Origin: a virus
Taxonomy: Duplodnaviria; Caudoviricetes
Strand: one strand, 5' to 3'
DNA: 58,793 nt
IMG/VR virus record: IMGVR_UViG_3300048790_000047
Span: 1 to 58,793 of that record
Below the pieces are notes generated by a model, which was not told the DNA's origin, did not search any database, and saw nothing but the letters and a program-made list of their open reading frames with translations. Position 1 is the stretch's first letter. Each line of letters starts with the position of its first letter. Positions 9,120 to 18,724 of the stretch are shown piece by piece. Made by a program: the position numbers and the translations under genes.

Positions 9120-11418
9120 CGACCCCCGGAGAGATTGGATTGGCGTGCGGACCAGGTGTATTCCCAGCAAGATTGGCGACTTGCGGGCTCATACCGCCAC
9201 CGCCAAGAGGACTTGTTTTTGTACCTTGACCGACGGCAGCGGCGCGCGCGCTATCACCGCCCGGCCCCAAGTCCATCGCAGGATTATTTGTCGCTGGCTG
9301 CTCACCACCGCCCGGCGGAGTGCCGATATGCGCCGGCGGACCTTCACCCATGCCGCCCCGCTCCGCGAGGATACCGGCCGTAAGTTCAGTCGCGATACGA
9401 GCAACGCCCGCTTCAACGCCCTTCTGGACGCCTTCATCAACACGCTGCTGGATTGCGCCGTTGCCATTTTGCTGTTGCTGCTGCTCGGCCTGGGCCATTT
9501 TCTCGATCTGGTCATCAGGCGGCACGATCTCCTCGCCGTCCAAGCCGATTGTGCTTGACACGGAGCGCAGGACTGCGGCGCGACCCTTGATGCCCATGAT
9601 CTTCTGATCGGTCGGGTTGATCGTGGCGCCGAGGAACTCGATCTGACGCTGGCGGAGCGTCTCGCGCTGGATCGCGACACTGACGCCCTGGACGCTGATC
9701 TTTTCTTCGCCGGTCAACAGGCCGGTGTTATCCGTCAGCATAATCAGGTCAGCGAGGTTCAGGAGCGCAGGCTCCATCACATCGTTGTCGACGTTCGCGC
9801 TGACCGACTGCAAAATCTTCGAGGCGTTGCCCATGAGCATGGCAAGGCCGGACGCCGTGCGCCCCGCTCCGCCGCCAGACTGGCCGCCGACGTACTTCGG
9901 GATCGCGGACACGTCGTCTGCGATGGACACAAAATCATTGAACACCTGCACCAACTGAGCGGCGTTTGAAGTCGGCATGAAGAACGAGATCGGGACCTGT
10001 GTGTTATTGCCCACCGGGTCGTTGCGAACGTGCCACCGCTTCCACGGATAAAGGTCGTCACCGTTCTCTTCGGGCGACAGCCGGTCGTCGTTCACGACCA
10101 CTTGCGGACCGGAGGCTATGCTCAAGTTATTGACAAGGCTGCGCAAAGTGGCGTTTGCCACCTCCTGCAAGTCCGACAGCAAATCCGTCAGGCCGTTGCC
10201 CACCGGGGTGCCGGGGACCTTCTCAAACGAGGTCGTAAAGTACGGGTGGCGCTGGCGCGGCGACGGCGACAGTTGTGCCTTGATGACATGCGAGCCAATG
10301 ACCCAGCACTGCACGGAGTAATCGCGAAGCTCGTCAGGGACGGCAAGGCCATATTCCTGGAGGACGCGTCCCTGCACGTTGCCGTTGAACTCCATCATGG
10401 AGATCATGGCCGATCGGTTCCACGCCGGGTTCTCGCGGCTTTCCAGCACGGCGCGCTCGGAGTCGGTGGTGTCCCAATTATCATACAGGCCGCCGCGGCC
10501 GTACTCGTCGAGCACCGCGCGAATTTCGTCGGCGTTGTAACCCGGCAGATCGAGCAGATCGTTTAGCTCGGCGCGTGTGACGCGCAGCTTCTCGATCACG
10601 TCGGCGTTCGCAATGTCCGAAACACCTGGCGTGAACCAGATATCGAACGGCGATACCCGGTTCCACGTCAGCTTCGGGTTCTGCTTTACCGTCGGCGTGC
10701 CACCGCCAGGCGGCCACACAACTTCGGGAACAACCTTGACCACAGGTCCCTTGATGCAGGCGAAGGGGAAGATGGGGAGGTCGACAAGGAACTCAGCCAG
10801 CGCATGATAAAATCCTCCGTCTCGGAGGAGACCTTCGATGGCCGTGTCTGAGTCACGCGCTTGCTGGACGGCTTTCTTTTTCGCGGCATCTTTCGCTGAC
10901 TCAAGGAGCGCTGTTTTGCGTTGCTGTACATCTTGGGGGTCCGGTGGTTGACTAGTTTGCTGTTGGATAAGTTGTGCCTCATGCTGCATCAACTGGTCGA
11001 TGCTCTGCAAGATTTCATCAGGCACGGCGGGGTCGGCAGGGGGCTTGATCGTCCAGGGCTGATCCTGACCCAGATAAATATCCCGCAAAAGAGAACTCGC
11101 TGCCCGGCACTTTTGGGCGATCAGCCGGGCATAAACCTTGCTGCCGCCAAACTTGTTTAGTTCCATGACCTTAGACGGGTCATACTGGCCGTTGAACGAC
11201 CGCAAGGCAGCGAGCAGCCGGTTCGACCAGCCCGCCTCGGTGTTGCGGTGGTTCCGGAAAATCTCAAACTGGCCTTTGATATAGCCGGCAAGCTGCGGCA
11301 CGGCGGGCGCTGCGGGTTGGGCCGCGGCGACCTTATCCCGCGCCTTTTGCTGAAGCTGTTGTTCGAGGGCCGCAGGGGGTACCACCTGCATTACACCCTG
11401 CTGGCCAATATCAGACAT
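9115..11418 (-). CDS. Portal protein
   Basis: 767 aa; VSPFDIWF.PG, PGTPVGNGL.DLL.D.Q..ANA.LR.LVNN and RTASGLAMLMGNA motifs of podovirus portals. Confidence 0.88.
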   Translation of the reverse strand: MSDIGQQGVMQVVPPAALEQQLQQKARDKVAAAQPAAPAVPQLAGYIKGQFEIFRNHRNTEAGWSNRLLAALRSFNGQYDPSKVMELNKFGGSKVYARLIAQKCRAASSLLRDIYLGQDQPWTIKPPADPAVPDEILQSIDQLMQHEAQLIQQQTSQPPDPQDVQQRKTALLESAKDAAKKKAVQQARDSDTAIEGLLRDGGFYHALAEFLVDLPIFPFACIKGPVVKVVPEVVWPPGGGTPTVKQNPKLTWNRVSPFDIWFTPGVSDIANADVIEKLRVTRAELNDLLDLPGYNADEIRAVLDEYGRGGLYDNWDTTDSERAVLESRENPAWNRSAMISMMEFNGNVQGRVLQEYGLAVPDELRDYSVQCWVIGSHVIKAQLSPSPRQRHPYFTTSFEKVPGTPVGNGLTDLLSDLQEVANATLRSLVNNLSIASGPQVVVNDDRLSPEENGDDLYPWKRWHVRNDPVGNNTQVPISFFMPTSNAAQLVQVFNDFVSIADDVSAIPKYVGGQSGGGAGRTASGLAMLMGNASKILQSVSANVDNDVMEPALLNLADLIMLTDNTGLLTGEEKISVQGVSVAIQRETLRQRQIEFLGATINPTDQKIMGIKGRAAVLRSVSSTIGLDGEEIVPPDDQIEKMAQAEQQQQQNGNGAIQQRVDEGVQKGVEAGVARIATELTAGILAERGGMGEGPPAHIGTPPGGGEQPATNNPAMDLGPGGDSARAAAVGQGTKTSPLGGGGMSPQVANLAGNTPGPHANPISPGVG

Positions 11419-11460
11419 GCGAGCTTCCCGTGTGTGTCCCGCACACTAAGCACGCGAGGG

Positions 11461-11513
11461 TTAACAGATGCCTAAGGATTACCGCCACGGTAACGGATTA
11501 AGGGTTTGTTAAC
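11461..11513. promoter_or_regulatory. Divergent portal/terS promoter: two CtrA-type boxes flanking a palindrome copy
   Basis: TTAA-cagatgc-CTAA (11461-11475), TTACCGCCACGGTAA (11479-11493), perfect TTAA-gggtttg-TTAAC (11498-11513). Confidence 0.8.
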
Positions 11514-11558
11514 CTTTTCCGGCGATATAGGAACCCTCACCTAGCGGGGGTTTACGAC

Positions 11559-12281
11559 GTGACAGAAAAGCTCAATGAGCCTGAGCAAAGCGCGCCAGCT
11601 TCAAACCTCCCAGAAGTGACCCCGGTAATACACAGCGCGCTTACGCCCGCAGGGCTAGCCGCACTGGCACGAGAGGTCGCCTTTGATATCCGCGAACTCC
11701 CTACGATCCTAAAAACATTCAAACTCACCGAAGCCCAGTATGAAGAAATTGGAAAAATCCCATTCTTCCAAAACGCGCTCACGAGCGCGACGATCGAATG
11801 GGAAAGCGTCAAAGGCACCGAGGAGCGCATCAAGCTCCGGTCGCAAATCATTCTCGAAGAAAATATCGGCATCGTCGCAGCCCGTATGCGCGACATTAAA
11901 GAGCCCCTCAACTCGGTCGTCGAGACCGGGAAGTTCTTCACGAAGCTCGCCGGTATCGGAGAGCAAAGCAAGTCTGGTGCCAGCGCCGGCGAAAAATTCG
12001 TCATCGAAATTAACCTCGGGGAAGACACCAAACTCCGATTTGAAAAAAACACCACTCCAGATAGCCCGAGCGAAGTACCAGCGCTCATTGAAGGGGAAGT
12101 TGTGCAGGAGACGGTACGACCGGACCCTGAAGGGGATTTTGAACTCGAAGCGAACCCGGAGCCGGTACGACCGGTCCCCGAAGGCGATAATGACCTACCA
12201 CAACTACAACCGAAGCCCACTCGGGCGCGCAAGACGCCACCGGTACGACACCTCGATAAAACGACACCTAGCACGGAGTAG
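11559..12281 (+). CDS. Putative terminase small subunit
   Basis: First gene of the packaging operon; helical N-terminus, FVIEINLG strand, disordered tail. Confidence 0.6.
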   Translation: MTEKLNEPEQSAPASNLPEVTPVIHSALTPAGLAALAREVAFDIRELPTILKTFKLTEAQYEEIGKIPFFQNALTSATIEWESVKGTEERIKLRSQIILEENIGIVAARMRDIKEPLNSVVETGKFFTKLAGIGEQSKSGASAGEKFVIEINLGEDTKLRFEKNTTPDSPSEVPALIEGEVVQETVRPDPEGDFELEANPEPVRPVPEGDNDLPQLQPKPTRARKTPPVRHLDKTTPSTE

Positions 12282-12286
12282 AAATA

Positions 12287-13396
12287 ATGCCCGCCGCATT
12301 GAAGGACGACGCATCGCGTCTGCATGACGCAAACGAGATCATTCGGAAGCAGAACGCTGCTGCGGTTGATCTCAAGCGCACCATCGAGGCACTCCGCCGG
12401 GAGAACGACACCGCGGAGAAAATCCGTGCCGAACTCTACGGGCTGTCAGAGCACAACCCGGAGCCGCCGGATTGGTTGTCACGACGCGAAGCGAAGCCCG
12501 GCAAGCGCGGCGGACCGATCACGATCTGGAGCGACTTCCATTATGGCGAGACCATCCAGAAGGATCAAACTGGCGGCGTCAACGAGTACAACATGAAGAT
12601 CGCCAAGAAGCGCTTCACCCGCCTCGTCGACACGACTATCGACTTGTCGTTCAACCATATGGGGCGCGCGGACACGCAGTACCCCGGTATCGTGGTGATG
12701 CTCGGCGGCGACATGATCGGCGGCGATATCCACGAAGAACTGCTCGCCACGAACGATCGCACGTCGCACCAGTCAGTCAATGACCTCACCGACATGCTGG
12801 CCGCTGGTATAGACAACCTGGCGACCAAGTTCGGCAAAGTCTACGCCACCGGCGTCGTAGGTAACCACGGCCGGTCGACCAAGAAAATGATGATGAAGAA
12901 CCGCGTCTATACGAACTACGACTGGTCGATCTACTGTAATCTCGCTCGGTACTTCCGTAAGGAAAAGAATATCCGAATCGACGTGCCAAACTCGGCCGAC
13001 GCGTTCGTGAATGTCTACGGTCATCGCTACATGCTCACACATGGCGACAGCATTGGCGTGAAGGGCGGCGACGGCATCATTGGCGCCATCGGCCCGATCA
13101 TGCGCGGCTCGCTCAAAGTCGGCCAGAGCCAAGCCCAGATGGGACGCGCGTTTGACACGCTGTGCCTGTGCCACTGGCACCAGTACATCACGCTCCCTGG
13201 GCTGATCGTAAACAACGCGCTCAAGGGCTTCGACGAGTACGCGATGCTCGCGCTGCGCGCCAAGTACAGCCGGCCGTCACAGGCCCTGTGGTTCACCCAC
13301 CCCGAGCACGGCATCACGGCACACTGGCAGGTTTACCTCGAAGGGATGAAACATGCCGAAGAAGCGAAGAAGAATTGGGTGAGTGTCTGGGAATAA
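12287..13396 (+). CDS. Calcineurin-like metallophosphoesterase with N-terminal coiled coil
   Basis: SDFHYG, GGDMIGG, VGNHG, THGD and CHWH motifs. Confidence 0.85.
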   Translation: MPAALKDDASRLHDANEIIRKQNAAAVDLKRTIEALRRENDTAEKIRAELYGLSEHNPEPPDWLSRREAKPGKRGGPITIWSDFHYGETIQKDQTGGVNEYNMKIAKKRFTRLVDTTIDLSFNHMGRADTQYPGIVVMLGGDMIGGDIHEELLATNDRTSHQSVNDLTDMLAAGIDNLATKFGKVYATGVVGNHGRSTKKMMMKNRVYTNYDWSIYCNLARYFRKEKNIRIDVPNSADAFVNVYGHRYMLTHGDSIGVKGGDGIIGAIGPIMRGSLKVGQSQAQMGRAFDTLCLCHWHQYITLPGLIVNNALKGFDEYAMLALRAKYSRPSQALWFTHPEHGITAHWQVYLEGMKHAEEAKKNWVSVWE

Positions 13397-13397
13397 C

Positions 13398-13715
13398 ATG
13401 CCATACGCGAACATCGAGGAGCGTCGTGCTTACCACCAGAACTGGCGGCAGAAGAACCGCCCAAGGCAGCGCCGTGCAAATCTAAAGGCGCTCTACGGGA
13501 TAACGCCAGAACGATATGATCTGATCCTGGCCGCGCAGAACGGCCACTGCGGGATGTGCCCCAGTACATCCCGCCTGGGGGTAGATCACTGCCACAAGAC
13601 AGGTCGCGTACGCGGCATCCTGTGTCGGGTTTGTAACGTCCACCTCGGCGGCCTTGGCGATGATGCCGAGGCGCTTCAACGCGGCCTTAAATATCTGGAA
13701 ACGCCATGTCCATAA
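13398..13715 (+). CDS. Endonuclease VII-like (His-Me) homing endonuclease
   Basis: YGIT...Y......Q..CGMC...VDHCHKTGRVRGILCRVCN. Confidence 0.85.
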   Translation: MPYANIEERRAYHQNWRQKNRPRQRRANLKALYGITPERYDLILAAQNGHCGMCPSTSRLGVDHCHKTGRVRGILCRVCNVHLGGLGDDAEALQRGLKYLETPCP

Positions 13716-15160
13716 GCTATACGGCCCCCGCTACTTGCGCGACCTTCATGAAGTCCGACGCGTTCGGCCGGCTAATAGCTGGGCCGGTGGGCTCGGGCAA
13801 GACAACGGCGTGCGTCATCGAGTTGATGAAGCGCTCGATGGCCCAGTCGAAAGCGCGCGATGGCTTCCGGTACACCCGCCACGCCATCGTCCGGCAGACG
13901 CTGAAACAGCTTAAAGACACCGTGCTGAAAGACGTGCGCTCATGGCTCGGCGGCCTGGGCGAATGGCGCGTGTCTGAAAATACTTTTCACCTGAACTTTG
14001 GCGACGTGCGCAGCGAATGGATTTTCATCCCCCTCGAAGACGCCGCCGACCAGGCGCGCTTGCTCTCGATGCAGCTTACAGGCGCGTGGTTGTCTGAGGC
14101 GATCGAAATGAACCTAGATGTTGTGGCTCCAATAACGGGTCGTCTCGGTCGTTTCCCGTCAGGCGCGCAAGGCACACCGACGTGGCACGGCTTGATCGCT
14201 GACACCAACATGCCTACTGAGTTGTCACCTTGGCACCAGTTCATGATCAACCCGACACCGGACTGGCAGATGTACATCCAGCCGTCAGGCTTGGCACCGA
14301 ACGCTGAGAACCTGAATTGGCTTGTGCAGAACGAACGCACGATCCTCCTCCCGATTGATCATCCGGATCGCATCGCGCAGGGGCGCAAGTACTATGAGCG
14401 CTTCGTCGAAATGTACGGCGAAGATAGCGACTGGGTGAAGCGCTACGTCAAGGCGCAGTACGGCGACGACCCAAGCGGTCTAGCTGTCTTCCGCGAGACC
14501 TTCCGTGCTGAGTTCCATGTGAAGGACAGCACTTTACTCATACCTGGATACCCGCTACTGGTGGCGCAGGACTTCGGCCGTAACCCGTGGTCGCTGATCT
14601 GCCAGGCTGACCACCAAGGCCGGCTCATTGTGCATGAGGAAGTTCCCGGCACGAACATAGGACTTGAGAAGCATGTCAACCAAAACCTGCGCCCTCGACT
14701 GCTTTCGGACAAATATGCAGGCTATAAAGTCGGTGTCATTGGCGACCCGGCAGGCGTTGCAAAAGGCTCGGTCTCCGAAGAGTCAAACTTTGACGCACTC
14801 AAGCGCATGGGCTTCCCCTGCTACCCGGCGCCCACAAACGACATTGACCCACGACTCCGGGCTGTCGAGAGCCTTCTCGGACGCCAAACGAACGGCGGTC
14901 CAACCCTGATTTTCAACCGCACCGGATGCCCAATGCTCATTCGCGCCATGAGCGGCGGCTACCGCTTCACCAAGATGAAGGGCGGCGCGCTGCGCGCGAT
15001 ACCAGACAAGAACGATAAAGAAGGTTTCTCGCACGTCGCGGACTGCTTGCAGTACGCGTGCCTTGCGATGGGCGGTGGAATTATTGGGGAGATCGCTCGT
15101 CGTCTACGGCCGCGGATGGGGGCAAAACGCCCGACGATATCTGCTGCCGGCTGGACGTGA
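13706..15160 (+). CDS. terL: Terminase large subunit
   Basis: Walker A GPVGSGKTT, Walker B-like GAWLSEA, DTN coupling motif, nuclease QDFG and SHVADCLQY. Confidence 0.93.
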   Translation: MSISYTAPATCATFMKSDAFGRLIAGPVGSGKTTACVIELMKRSMAQSKARDGFRYTRHAIVRQTLKQLKDTVLKDVRSWLGGLGEWRVSENTFHLNFGDVRSEWIFIPLEDAADQARLLSMQLTGAWLSEAIEMNLDVVAPITGRLGRFPSGAQGTPTWHGLIADTNMPTELSPWHQFMINPTPDWQMYIQPSGLAPNAENLNWLVQNERTILLPIDHPDRIAQGRKYYERFVEMYGEDSDWVKRYVKAQYGDDPSGLAVFRETFRAEFHVKDSTLLIPGYPLLVAQDFGRNPWSLICQADHQGRLIVHEEVPGTNIGLEKHVNQNLRPRLLSDKYAGYKVGVIGDPAGVAKGSVSEESNFDALKRMGFPCYPAPTNDIDPRLRAVESLLGRQTNGGPTLIFNRTGCPMLIRAMSGGYRFTKMKGGALRAIPDKNDKEGFSHVADCLQYACLAMGGGIIGEIARRLRPRMGAKRPTISAAGWT

Positions 15161-15398
15161 GCCGGTAGAGACCCGTCAGTAGCATCGTCATCCACGTAAT
15201 ACAGAACACGCTGTCGCACGCCTCGCGGTGCACGAGCGGCGCGTTGGTCCACGCGCGATCGACGCCCGCGGAGTTCATATCGTCGGTGAGTTTGAAGAGG
15301 ACCTCAAGTACATCGCGGCCGGTTGCGCCGGACGCCGCGATCAGGGTCTCCTCGCGCAGCTTCTGCACGAACGCTTCAATGTCCGTCGTCGTCGCCAT
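15081..15398 (-). CDS. Hypothetical protein
   Basis: ORF with ATG at 15398; converges on and overlaps the terL 3' end. Confidence 0.45.
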   Translation of the reverse strand: MATTTDIEAFVQKLREETLIAASGATGRDVLEVLFKLTDDMNSAGVDRAWTNAPLVHREACDSVFCITWMTMLLTGLYRLTSSRQQISSGVLPPSAAVDDERSPQ

Positions 15399-15640
15399 GA
15401 CCTTGCTCGTAATTCTCGAACGCCGCGGCAAACAAGGCAATAACAGTCAGGCACGAAAGAAGCCCCAACAAGCCCCACATCGTTCCAAAGATATCCTGCA
15501 AACTCTGGAACAGCGTGAGTGTAAGGATCATCAGCCTTTCCGCTTGGATGCGGTAACAAATCGTTGGATGACTACTGGGATTTTGCGGCCGCGCACCATG
15601 CGTGCTTGGCGGCGACGGCGTTTAGCGGTGGCGCAGACAG

Positions 15641-15985
15641 TCATATGCCTTTATCCTTGAGGGTCTCGGCTGTAGTTAGGGCAGCGTTTTCAGCTTCAAC
15701 GGCGGCAAGCTCGGTCTTGAGCAGGTTGATCTGCTTCAGCCGGGCGGCACGGAGGCGTGCGAGCTTCCGCACCTGCCACCCGATGATCCAGCCCTGCACC
15801 GTCTTGTCGCCGTAAATCTGTAGAAGGTAATAGGCCAAGCCAATAACGGCGGCGACTTGGGGCAGATACCCAAACGCGCTACCGAAGATGGTCCCCAACG
15901 ATACGACGTGGGCCATCCAAGTATGATAGTCGAAAAAATCTGTCACCGCCACGCCCCTGTCCGACATGATCTTGCTCCTAAGCAT
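15641..15985 (-). CDS. Membrane protein (holin/antiholin-like)
   Basis: Hydrophobic segments VVSLGTIFGSAFG and VAAVIGLAYYLLQIY followed by a basic coiled-coil tail; TTAC-N7-TTAA box at 16006-16020 upstream. Confidence 0.55.
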   Translation of the reverse strand: MLRSKIMSDRGVAVTDFFDYHTWMAHVVSLGTIFGSAFGYLPQVAAVIGLAYYLLQIYGDKTVQGWIIGWQVRKLARLRAARLKQINLLKTELAAVEAENAALTTAETLKDKGI

Positions 15986-16012
15986 GGGACGGTGCGCCTA
16001 GATCATTACCGG

Positions 16013-16423
16013 TTAGTTAATGGGATCGTCTTCGCAAGGAAGTTGCGCGATCAGTTCCATCCGCTTGATCATGCTCGCCCGCTTCGCTTCGGCCGTATTT
16101 GTCAGTCCGGTCAATGCCTCCCGCACCTTTTCGGCGTCAAAATCGTCGATCTGCATGAGATTGTCGATCGAGATTAACATTTCCAGGCGGCCGAGGGCGT
16201 CGCGCATTTTCAGGGCGTCGTCGATCATTTCGATGAACTCGTCCCGCGTGATCCGCCGGTCATACGCCGCCACCAGGGGCGACATGATCGCTGACCGCAG
16301 GTGCATGATCGACTCAGGCCCGACCGCGACCGACAGAACGTCTATGATGTACCGCTCGCTCAGCAGCGGATTAGTACCGCGCCGGCGCACCTTATTTTTA
16401 CGGGACGATAAGTTTTTTGGCAC
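16013..16423 (-). CDS. Hypothetical protein
   Basis: 136 aa ORF in the leftward cluster. Confidence 0.55.
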   Translation of the reverse strand: MPKNLSSRKNKVRRRGTNPLLSERYIIDVLSVAVGPESIMHLRSAIMSPLVAAYDRRITRDEFIEMIDDALKMRDALGRLEMLISIDNLMQIDDFDAEKVREALTGLTNTAEAKRASMIKRMELIAQLPCEDDPIN

Positions 16424-16610
16424 CAGACACCTTGAGCTTGGGTTTCTCGTTATCCGCGAGGGGCACCAGCTTGAAGCCAGCGAACCACGCTTGCACTAAA
16501 AACGAGGTTGCCTCGTTCGCACCGATGATGTTCGACAACCAGGCGAAGGCCGGGCTGGACTTAGCTGCCTGTAGCGTCGTTGGCGTTTCCGTCGGCTGGG
16601 TCTGGGACAT
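16398..16610 (-). CDS. Hypothetical protein
   Basis: ATG at 16610 after AGGA. Confidence 0.55.
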   Translation of the reverse strand: MSQTQPTETPTTLQAAKSSPAFAWLSNIIGANEATSFLVQAWFAGFKLVPLADNEKPKLKVSGAKKLIVP

Positions 16611-17283
16611 GGTGGATTCCTGTTGCGCCGCGCGCGATGATCTCGCCAACGGCAATGGGTTCAATCGCCATCGAGGACTCCTCCAGCGGGACCATTAGCT
16701 GTGAGCGTGTCACCGTGCCAGTAGACTGGAGGTTGATTAAGTCGAGGATGTGCTTCCGGTGGTTAGCCGGCATGTAGTAGCCCTTGCCCCATATTGTCGT
16801 GATCTCGATGTTGAGGGGGCGCAGCTTTTTGCGCAGCTTGCAGATAAAAACGTCGACGATTTTTATCTCGGTGGGGTCCGGCGGATTACCGCGGCACTCT
16901 TCACCGGCATTGTGAAGCATCTCTCGGGTGACTTCGTTCTTGCGCAGCATCAGCAGCATGTAGGCTGTCTCTACGCGTGTCAACCGAAAAAGGCGGCTGA
17001 GCCCCAGCCCTAAGTCTTCGTCGGTGCCCTTGATGTTCCGTACGAACGCTGGCTCGCGCGCATCGGCGTTGGTGCCGGGGGTCCAGTCGTCTTTTGGGGT
17101 ACGCGTGATGGCGCCCTTCTCGGCAGCGACCTGTATCGCACAGCGCACCCAGTCGGCCGGCTTATTGGTGGCCCGAGCAATCGCTCGGACGGGCACCCCT
17201 TCGCGGGCCATTAACGTCACGAGCGGTGATAGCACCGGGTCCGGGACGTAATTTTCGAGTGCGTCTGCATCGATCGCTGGCAT
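16561..17283 (-). CDS. CtrA-like transcription regulator (OmpR/PhoB winged helix, no receiver domain, extra N-terminal HTH-like segment)
   Basis: LRKNEVTREMLHN...PTEIKIVDVFICKLRKKL...ITTIWGKGYYM closely resembles the CtrA DNA-binding domain (ELKIIDVFICKLRKKL...IETVWGRGY, recalled from memory). Confidence 0.85.
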   Translation of the reverse strand: MPAIDADALENYVPDPVLSPLVTLMAREGVPVRAIARATNKPADWVRCAIQVAAEKGAITRTPKDDWTPGTNADAREPAFVRNIKGTDEDLGLGLSRLFRLTRVETAYMLLMLRKNEVTREMLHNAGEECRGNPPDPTEIKIVDVFICKLRKKLRPLNIEITTIWGKGYYMPANHRKHILDLINLQSTGTVTRSQLMVPLEESSMAIEPIAVGEIIARGATGIHHVPDPADGNANDATGS

Positions 17284-17337
17284 GGGAGCCCCCTGGGGAT
17301 GGGAAAATTCTTGGATTACTTTTTTATTGACCAACCC

Positions 17338-17352
17338 TTAACAAAGAGTTTA
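17338..17352. promoter_or_regulatory. CtrA-type box upstream of the CtrA-like gene (possible autoregulation)
   Basis: ttaa caaagag ttta, 55 bp upstream of the ATG. Confidence 0.6.
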
Positions 17353-17565
17353 CGTGGGGTACTTCAGATAAAGCAAGGGAAAAATGGTACCCCGGTAGTG
17401 TTTTTCAACACTCTGGTACCGCCCGAGCCCTATCTGTTGAAACCGGAAGGTGGGTCCGACGTGCAACCCCCGTCGAGCGGCCAGCGCGAAGCATAGCGAC
17501 CCATGCCGCCGGACCCGCGCTGACACTAGATGTGGTAGGATAACAAATCGTTACCGTGGCGGTAA

Positions 17566-17838
17566 TCACTCCACGATTTCCGCGGTTTCCCAGTCGGTCG
17601 CCAGCAGATCAGTCTGCGAGCACAGCCACGGCACCGTGTGCTTGTCCGCCGTATACATGACGATGAACGGCAGGGGTCCCTGCCAGTCCTTTGGGGCGCC
17701 TATTTTTTCAGGGCCGCCGCCGATACGGCCGACCCAGTCTGCGACCAGCGCGAGCCACATGCCCTTGCCATTCCAGCCAGCACGGCGCACGCGGCGCGCG
17801 TCCTTCATTTCGTTTACAGCCCAACCAATGTCGTACAT
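17566..17838 (-). CDS. DUF2829 / Tad2-like anti-defence sponge protein
   Basis: IGWAV..MK..RRVRRAGWNGKGMWL...PWLCSQTDLLATDWE signature. Confidence 0.85.
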   Translation of the reverse strand: MYDIGWAVNEMKDARRVRRAGWNGKGMWLALVADWVGRIGGGPEKIGAPKDWQGPLPFIVMYTADKHTVPWLCSQTDLLATDWETAEIVE

Positions 17839-17854
17839 GAGTTTCTCCGGGGGG

Positions 17855-18397
17855 TTAGATTTCGCTCGCCTTGACTTGTTCGAGGAGCCCGATCAGTTCG
17901 AGGCGGTTCACGCCGATCGAGTAGTAGGGGAAGTACGCAGCGCCGTTTTCGAACGGGGCGGGGCACGTGAACGCGATCACGACCCCGTCCGGCTGGAACG
18001 TGCCGTCGCTAATGTCCCCGATCGCCTCGTAAATGATCCCGAGGACTTCTAGCACAACATCTGAAACCGGCGCCTTTACATCCGAGGTCGCCGGCGCAGC
18101 GTTATCCTGGCCACCCATCGTGGTTGGTGACCGACCGGGGGTATCCAAGAGCGCTGCAATTTCGCGGTCAAAGGCTTCGTCCTCTGCCGACTGAACTGGT
18201 TGATCGCCCGGGCCGGGCAGCGATATCGCGCCCACCTTCAAACCCCCGTCGCCTTCCCTGCCGGGAAAAGGTAGCAAGGTGACACCCGCCTGGAGTTTTA
18301 CATTCAAAGGCGCGACAGGCTTACAAGGTGTCACCTTGCTAGGCTTGCCGTCGGGGCGCTTGAACGTCGTGCGGCCGTCTTCGTGCTTAGTCGGCAT
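17855..18397 (-). CDS. Hypothetical protein
   Basis: About 180 aa ORF in the leftward cluster. Confidence 0.55.
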   Translation of the reverse strand: MPTKHEDGRTTFKRPDGKPSKVTPCKPVAPLNVKLQAGVTLLPFPGREGDGGLKVGAISLPGPGDQPVQSAEDEAFDREIAALLDTPGRSPTTMGGQDNAAPATSDVKAPVSDVVLEVLGIIYEAIGDISDGTFQPDGVVIAFTCPAPFENGAAYFPYYSIGVNRLELIGLLEQVKASEI

Positions 18398-18724
18398 GGT
18401 TGAAGAGCCCCTCAAAGAGGATGATAGCTGCGCAGGCGAGCGCCAGGCAGATCACCGGCAGGAAGTACCATGGGTCGCCTTCGGTAATCATAGCGCCCCC
18501 GACACGTAGTTAGCCCAGAGGGCGGCAGCAACAAGCGAGATGACGAAGAATTCGGCCGCTATCATAAGCACCGCGCAGATTATCCTGATGAAGGTCCAAA
18601 TCATTCTGCGTCCCCTGCGTCACCAAAGTCGTCCATGAACAAATCGAAAAGTAAAATCGTAGCCGCTATCGAGCCGCCTACGATGAACGCGTAAATGAGC
18701 CAGTCGGGTATCACCGTGCCACCT

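Noticed and set aside
17449-17519. Possible structured RNA or HDV-like ribozyme between the Tad2-like and CtrA-like genes
   Set aside because: Only one 9-bp closing stem (gtgggtccg/cggacccgc); I could not build a nested double pseudoknot
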